IMG/VR virus record: IMGVR_UViG_3300046171_000301
From: an uncultured virus (IMG/VR IMGVR_UViG_3300046171_000301)
Lineage: Duplodnaviria; Heunggongvirae; Uroviricota; Caudoviricetes
Length of the DNA stretch: 64,000 nucleotides
Strand: one strand, 5' to 3'
Shown: in pieces, positions 58,609 to 64,000 of the stretch
Layout of the letters: each line of letters begins with the position of its first letter
How positions within the stretch are numbered: the stretch's first letter is position 1
Made by a program: the position numbers and the translations under genes
Notes under the pieces: model-generated
The model's database searches: none
Seen by the model: the letters and a program-made list of their open reading frames with translations, nothing else
Told to the model about the DNA's origin: nothing

Positions 58609-60183
58609 CTATAACTGTGCAATTCGAGTCTGTAAATCAGAGAAATCGGTTGCTTCTGAAATGGCTTCTTTTATTTCATTGCTAGTGCTATCAAAATCAG
58701 CATTACGATCTGGATTTAACCATACTCCTTGGTGACGAACAAGGATGCGTAATTCTTCTGTGTCAAACCAAAAATCACCATTAGATAAATTGTCAACGGG
58801 AACAGTCGCGGAGTAGTGGATTTTAATCAGACCATCAAGCTCACTTTGAAGAGAAGAAATATCAGATGCCATTTGAGGCGCGTTAATATTATCTATTCGT
58901 ATTCCGAGCGCAATGTCTGCATTGTCATTATCAGTCTTATTATTAGTTACGGTATTGGTTAAATTTGTAAGATCTGTTGCTGTTGCAGTGTTAATTAATG
59001 TTGTTTCAGCTGTAGATAGCCTTGTGTCAAGATTGGTAATCGATGACAAGGATGATGTGATACTAACTAAATTAGTATCTATTTGTGTTTGTAGTGCAGC
59101 AAGTTGTTCAGGTGTTGCGCCTGTAGGCAATGCATTTACAACAGCTGTTAATGAATCAATTTCAGCTTCTAGATCTGACATCTGATTTGCAGTGACACTA
59201 ATTGTCATTGCATCAATTTGAGCTTGGAAACTAGCAATTTGGGCATCAGTATATTCAAGAGTTGCATACTCTTGATTTTGAGGATAAATAAAAACCTTTA
59301 CTAATTCGTCTGCTACAAGAGTTCTATTTCCTAAGACTTTAGTGACTGTATAAATGTTTTCATTCTTTTCAGTAATACTAAATCTTAATATTGATCCATC
59401 TGAAGCTTCAATATCAATAAGATCGCCAATTGCTCCAGGCTGGGAAATAATACTGTTTTGATCTTCATCAGAAACTGCAATGGTAGTGATCTGAGATGGA
59501 ATATTAGTGTTTGCACTAACCTTACCTGATGGAACATTAGTAGGAATTTGTGATAGATCAAATATTTGATATTCCCTTCCAGCACTTCTACGTAAACTGA
59601 CTTGATCTAACTGATTTCTTAATAAATCGATTTCTGTGCTCAATGCATTAAATGAATTATCTCCTCCTGTTAGTGCTACCCATACGGAACCGTCGAAAAT
59701 ATAGTAGATACCATTACTATCGTTATACCACTGTTCACCTTTCACAGGATTTGTAGGGGCTGTTTCTCCTACAGCAATGAATTCGTTACTGCCATTTGCC
59801 TGATAGAAACCATCATTTATCCATACCATTAAACGGCCTTGGCGAGTATCAAACCAAAGAGTTCCATTTTGAGGGGCGGGCTCCCAACCATCTCCTGTAA
59901 TATTCCCGTTTTCGTCTCTTGTTGGCAACCACTGAGGAGGAGTAATTCCTACAACAGATGGAGGTAAGTTCAGTGAATTAATAGCTGAGATTAAACCACC
60001 CATGTTTGATGGATAGTCTTTAATTCCGTACCCTTGAGCTGCAATCAAACTGTTAGCTGCTGCAATTGCACCGTCAAAATTAGAAGTCTGAGATGATGTC
60101 ACGGCACTACTATCTTTTTTCCCATTGTATAAAACTTTAGTAATTGCTATTGAGCAACACAAAAGCTGTTTCAATATCATCAA
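58609..60183 (-). CDS. virion structural/fibre protein (start probably GTG near 60102)
   Basis: P..G.LWFD and AP..P..G.QWY repeats; coiled coil. Confidence 0.8.
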   Translation of the reverse strand: MMILKQLLCCSIAITKVLYNGKKDSSAVTSSQTSNFDGAIAAANSLIAAQGYGIKDYPSNMGGLISAINSLNLPPSVVGITPPQWLPTRDENGNITGDGWEPAPQNGTLWFDTRQGRLMVWINDGFYQANGSNEFIAVGETAPTNPVKGEQWYNDSNGIYYIFDGSVWVALTGGDNSFNALSTEIDLLRNQLDQVSLRRSAGREYQIFDLSQIPTNVPSGKVSANTNIPSQITTIAVSDEDQNSIISQPGAIGDLIDIEASDGSILRFSITEKNENIYTVTKVLGNRTLVADELVKVFIYPQNQEYATLEYTDAQIASFQAQIDAMTISVTANQMSDLEAEIDSLTAVVNALPTGATPEQLAALQTQIDTNLVSITSSLSSITNLDTRLSTAETTLINTATATDLTNLTNTVTNNKTDNDNADIALGIRIDNINAPQMASDISSLQSELDGLIKIHYSATVPVDNLSNGDFWFDTEELRILVRHQGVWLNPDRNADFDSTSNEIKEAISEATDFSDLQTRIAQL

Positions 60184-61897
60184 GATTTAGTCCCTGTGAA
60201 AGCATGAAAATAACTTCAGCTGTTGTAATCTTTGATCGTTTAAGTTGAGATTTAAATTCATCGGCTACTTCATCCATATCTTTTTTTAGGCGCTGTTCAA
60301 ATTTATTTCTACTATCAAACGATGGATAAGCTTTAGGCTCTTGTACTTTGATTTTATTAATAAACATAGCTGCAATTGTATGTTTGCATATTCGAAAACT
60401 ATGTTTATATTTAGCAGTCTCCCAGCTTTGAAGTATACCTGCTGCCTCTATGACACCAGACTTTTCATAACTCGGTGAACTCATAGCTGATGGAATAGGG
60501 AAACGACGTTGTCTATTGCTTATTGTTCCGTCATCGTTTGTTGCCTCTGGCATACGTATGACTGCATGAGAAAAGTCAGGACAACTGCAACAAAATACCT
60601 CTGCATAATGTAATGAAGAATTTTCGGTAAATATAGGATCGTTCCATGGATCTACATCTGTAATTAGACGTCTCCATCTTTCTTCACCTGGTGCTGGCTC
60701 CTTATGTAGATAATTACCATCAGAATCATTATCAATAATCTTTTTAGTAAAGCTGTTGTCAGCACATATAATCCAATTAAATTGCTCTCCTGTTGTGAAA
60801 AGATTGATTGAGCCTTGCTGTTGAACTGCGGTAAGTTCTAGTTGATTTCCATTAATAAGGATAGACTGAATAGTAAACGGCATAACCGAATAAGACAGCT
60901 GGTTAACTTCTTGTTGTACAACGTCTGCAGTTAGATATTGACTGCCAAAGTATTCTTGATAATCGGCTTTTTGGAAAGTAAAATTTGCTTTTATAGTTCC
61001 AATGGCTTGTGATGTACTATAGATTTCATCTAATGCGTTTATATCTAAAAGCGATGGAGGTAATTCAGAAGTGTTATCGAGTAATTTAAAAGTTTTATTA
61101 GTAAGTTCTTCATTGACAAGCACATCAAAATATTTAGCTCCGTCATTAAAAGTTTCACTAATACCAAGATTTCGATCGATCAAGAAATCAGGGAAATATC
61201 CTATTTGACCAATTAATGCGTTAAAGTTTCCAAAATTTCTGACCATAAAAGGGGTCGCCTCAATATCTAATTTAGATAATGTAATTTTAATTACAACATT
61301 ATTTTGATCAATTGTTTTGCCGGTGTAGACTGCTGGCTTCTTATCTTCAGTGAGAACGTTTAATATATTTGCAGATGTCACACCATCAGTAATTCGTTCT
61401 CCAATTGATCGTCGTAAAGGTGAGATATTAGAGAATTCTTCTTGCTGAATTTTCAACCAAACTTCATTGCGGTCATATTCTGATTGATAAACTTGTTTGT
61501 TAACGTACTTTTCTACTACTGTTCCTAGATTTTTATTTTCAAGAATAGTACGCTTTGCTGTGTAGTGGCTTCGGCTATCAGCGTTGTTGGTGGCAAATTG
61601 TTTGCTGTCAAATGAAACATTGATTTCGTCTTCAGTTCCTTGATAAAGAACTGCTTCTAATTCATCAAAATCGAGATAAGCCCCACTGTAGTAATACTCT
61701 ATTCCCTTTCTCCATCTGGTCCAATCGCTATCTATATCGTATTTTTCAATAACTGTTCTATGTACAGACGAACCAAATTGACGATTGCCTGGATATGTCC
61801 CAGCAGCTCCAACAGATCTTTCTTTAGTCGTTTTATCGTTGTAGCCTTTAATCTTAAATGAGCCAAAATTACCAAGCCCATTTCTCTTTTTAGGCAT
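60137..61897 (-). CDS. hypothetical protein with C-terminal SWIM zinc finger
   Basis: CSCPDF...CKH. Confidence 0.75.
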   Translation of the reverse strand: MPKKRNGLGNFGSFKIKGYNDKTTKERSVGAAGTYPGNRQFGSSVHRTVIEKYDIDSDWTRWRKGIEYYYSGAYLDFDELEAVLYQGTEDEINVSFDSKQFATNNADSRSHYTAKRTILENKNLGTVVEKYVNKQVYQSEYDRNEVWLKIQQEEFSNISPLRRSIGERITDGVTSANILNVLTEDKKPAVYTGKTIDQNNVVIKITLSKLDIEATPFMVRNFGNFNALIGQIGYFPDFLIDRNLGISETFNDGAKYFDVLVNEELTNKTFKLLDNTSELPPSLLDINALDEIYSTSQAIGTIKANFTFQKADYQEYFGSQYLTADVVQQEVNQLSYSVMPFTIQSILINGNQLELTAVQQQGSINLFTTGEQFNWIICADNSFTKKIIDNDSDGNYLHKEPAPGEERWRRLITDVDPWNDPIFTENSSLHYAEVFCCSCPDFSHAVIRMPEATNDDGTISNRQRRFPIPSAMSSPSYEKSGVIEAAGILQSWETAKYKHSFRICKHTIAAMFINKIKVQEPKAYPSFDSRNKFEQRLKKDMDEVADEFKSQLKRSKITTAEVIFMLSQGLNLDDIETAFVLLNSNY

Positions 61898-62391
61898 TAA
61901 TACAATCCGCCAGACAACCCAAGCATAGGTGCATTTGTAATGTTATCGGCAAGATTAGAGGTTTGCCTTGCAGCCCATAGTGCTTTACCTTTAGGTACAT
62001 AGAAAGCTTTTAATCTAGAATCGGTACCCACCTGAGGAGTTGGAGCTAATACATATGGCATATCTGACATATGCACCCATTCGTTTTGAGTGCTTGAGGC
62101 TACGATTTGACCAACGAAGACAGCGCTGTCTCGAAGAAAGTCAAACTCTGTACTCATGTACAAATTAATTGGATAATTGTACGGTGTGCCATTATCGTTA
62201 CCAGGGCCTTGAGAGATAACATAGATATCTTCAACAATTGCTCCGTCATTATCTGTACAGTTTAAAACCAATTGCGCAAAATTAGTTCCCGTAACTTTCT
62301 CGGTCAAAATAGTTGCAGAGCCCATTTCATAAACATCGTGAAATACACGATCAATCAATAAAGGCTGTTTGTTAGTGGATGTAGATGCCAT
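61897..62391 (-). CDS. hypothetical structural protein
   Basis: ORF track; structural cluster. Confidence 0.7.
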   Translation of the reverse strand: MASTSTNKQPLLIDRVFHDVYEMGSATILTEKVTGTNFAQLVLNCTDNDGAIVEDIYVISQGPGNDNGTPYNYPINLYMSTEFDFLRDSAVFVGQIVASSTQNEWVHMSDMPYVLAPTPQVGTDSRLKAFYVPKGKALWAARQTSNLADNITNAPMLGLSGGLY

Positions 62392-62402
62392 TGTGATTTA
62401 CC

Positions 62403-63038
62403 TTATGCTTTTGATGGTTTATTACGTCCACCACCACGGCCCATGCTCATTCCTTGAGCATCAGCACTTCCACTTAATGGTAGCGCACCCTGTGGGCCTT
62501 CACCTTGAAATTGACCTTTCATCATTGGTGAGATACTGCCGGGCATTCCTTGCTGAATAGCATCTTGTGGAGACATTCCTGACATACCTAATCCGGGCTG
62601 TACTTTAAAACTTGGGGCCCCATCAACTGGATTAAGTTTGCCGCCAAAACCAGCGGCAGTTTGAGCCATATTCATGGCAAGCATTTGCTCTGACGTATTG
62701 TTATCAGGAGCTGCGAGCTGAGGAGCGCCATAAGGTGCTGCCATATTCTGACCTCTTCCTTGGACACCTCCTAAGCCTTGAACCATGCCGGAATTGCCTA
62801 CAAATCCAACTGCACCCATTCGTCCATCCGACATAGGAATTCCGCCGTCTCCATAAGGGAATTTATTCACACCACTAAGAGAACCAATCTGTTGATTAAA
62901 TGATTGACCAACCATAGGGTTATTCATCACATTATTGGTCTGGGGAGCGCCAGGGATCGGTTGTGGCGAAACTGACATCTTGAACCGATTGGGATCCATT
63001 TGTTCAGCTCTTGTTTTCTTAGAGTTAGCCATCATCAA
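62403..63038 (-). CDS. Gly/Met/Gln-rich hypothetical protein
   Basis: ORF track. Confidence 0.7.
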   Translation of the reverse strand: MMMANSKKTRAEQMDPNRFKMSVSPQPIPGAPQTNNVMNNPMVGQSFNQQIGSLSGVNKFPYGDGGIPMSDGRMGAVGFVGNSGMVQGLGGVQGRGQNMAAPYGAPQLAAPDNNTSEQMLAMNMAQTAAGFGGKLNPVDGAPSFKVQPGLGMSGMSPQDAIQQGMPGSISPMMKGQFQGEGPQGALPLSGSADAQGMSMGRGGGRNKPSKA

Positions 63039-63349
63039 TCTCCGTAAATTCCACTATTTAAGTTTTTGCGACGAAATCCAATGCCTCTAGGATCATTTTC
63101 AAACTCTTGCATTTTACCTACTTCCATATTTGGAGCGGCTGTTGTTGATAGACCTTGATCAGCATATGCAGTCTGCGCTACTTCATTTGTTCCAGGCTGA
63201 TTAAAAGGATTATCTTCTTGAAAATCAGGCAGTGAAACACCCATATCTAAAAATTTGGATTGAGACACTGCTGCTCGTTTTTTGGATTCATAATCCGTAT
63301 CGTTGCCACCTTTTCCAAACGTAATCTTTTGAGTACTCATAACTATCAA
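63035..63349 (-). CDS. hypothetical protein
   Basis: ORF track. Confidence 0.65.
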   Translation of the reverse strand: MIVMSTQKITFGKGGNDTDYESKKRAAVSQSKFLDMGVSLPDFQEDNPFNQPGTNEVAQTAYADQGLSTTAAPNMEVGKMQEFENDPRGIGFRRKNLNSGIYGD

Positions 63350-63372
63350 GCTATCCTAAAACTATTCTACTG

Positions 63373-63858
63373 TTATCGCCAATGAGCTGCTAAATAGATT
63401 CGTGACCCAATAGCAGTATCAGCAGGCCCAGGGATTGACATAATGAATTCAGATCCAGCCCTTTCAAATGCATATCTACGTGTTTCAGGTCTTCTATAGT
63501 TTGGTACATACAAAGTTTCTGCTAAACGATCACCTTCTCTTAAATAAATTTCTCTAAAATACTCGTCACCTTTTAATGGATCTGATGTAGCAATCGTACG
63601 TTGGACGTCTCCAGCAATTTGTTCTAAACGGCTGTAATTAGGCGAACCATTACTGTCTTGTGGAAAGTATTCTGAATTTTCCCATGCACGATCACAGCGC
63701 GTGATGTGATTGACAATTTGGTTATACCAAAATTCATCAGGTACTAGCGCCATTGCTTCTTCAAGACGCGCCCTGTCGCCAGCTGGGATCTGTGCTCCAG
63801 CATTAAATCCTAGATGAAATCTAACTTTAGATTTAAGATGATCATCAAGTTGCATCAT
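63373..63858 (-). CDS. hypothetical protein, possibly head-tail connector
   Basis: KVRFHLG N-terminus; structural cluster context. Confidence 0.55.
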   Translation of the reverse strand: MMQLDDHLKSKVRFHLGFNAGAQIPAGDRARLEEAMALVPDEFWYNQIVNHITRCDRAWENSEYFPQDSNGSPNYSRLEQIAGDVQRTIATSDPLKGDEYFREIYLREGDRLAETLYVPNYRRPETRRYAFERAGSEFIMSIPGPADTAIGSRIYLAAHWR

Positions 63859-64000
63859 ACTTCTCCGATAATTCCTTTATACGTAGAAGCCAGTAATGAT
63901 TCCAATTGCATTATTTCTGTCTCTGATAAACCCTCAGGATTTGTTTGTAATTTTGCAAGCATTTGAGAAGTGGGAGATTGATCAATCATCATTCGACGAG

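Overview
A 64 kb segment of a marine cyanophage genome (host most likely Synechococcus/Prochlorococcus, inferred from psbA, hli, talC, petF and PTOX). It is not T4-like: it has a split T7-type family A DNA polymerase and a primase fused to a VirE/VapE helicase. Layout: (1) 1-18.5 kb, many small + strand ORFs punctuated by 18 copies (one at 31 kb) of a conserved hairpin CGG-N-TAAC-N'-CCG, plus talC, seven tRNAs, a candidate origin, DUF932, psbA and hli. (2) 18.5-37 kb, nucleotide metabolism, replication and auxiliary genes: IF-1, MazG-like, nrdA/B, thyX, SSB-like, exonuclease, primase-helicase, polA, petF, a glutamine riboswitch with YRG peptides, and PTOX. (3) 39-41 kb, tRNA-Ser, HNH, a tyrosine recombinase and an att-like tRNA-Ser 3' fragment. 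(4) 43.5-64 kb, minus-strand virion genes dominated by modular tail fibres. The most notable signals are the oriented hairpin array with a fixed-distance downstream YG (candidate phage-specific promoter/cassette system), nucleotide-conserved bulged-hairpin repeats separating variable in-frame modules in two fibre genes, and a probable structure-stimulated amber readthrough on the 2028-aa fibre gene. All calls are by eye; no database search was run.
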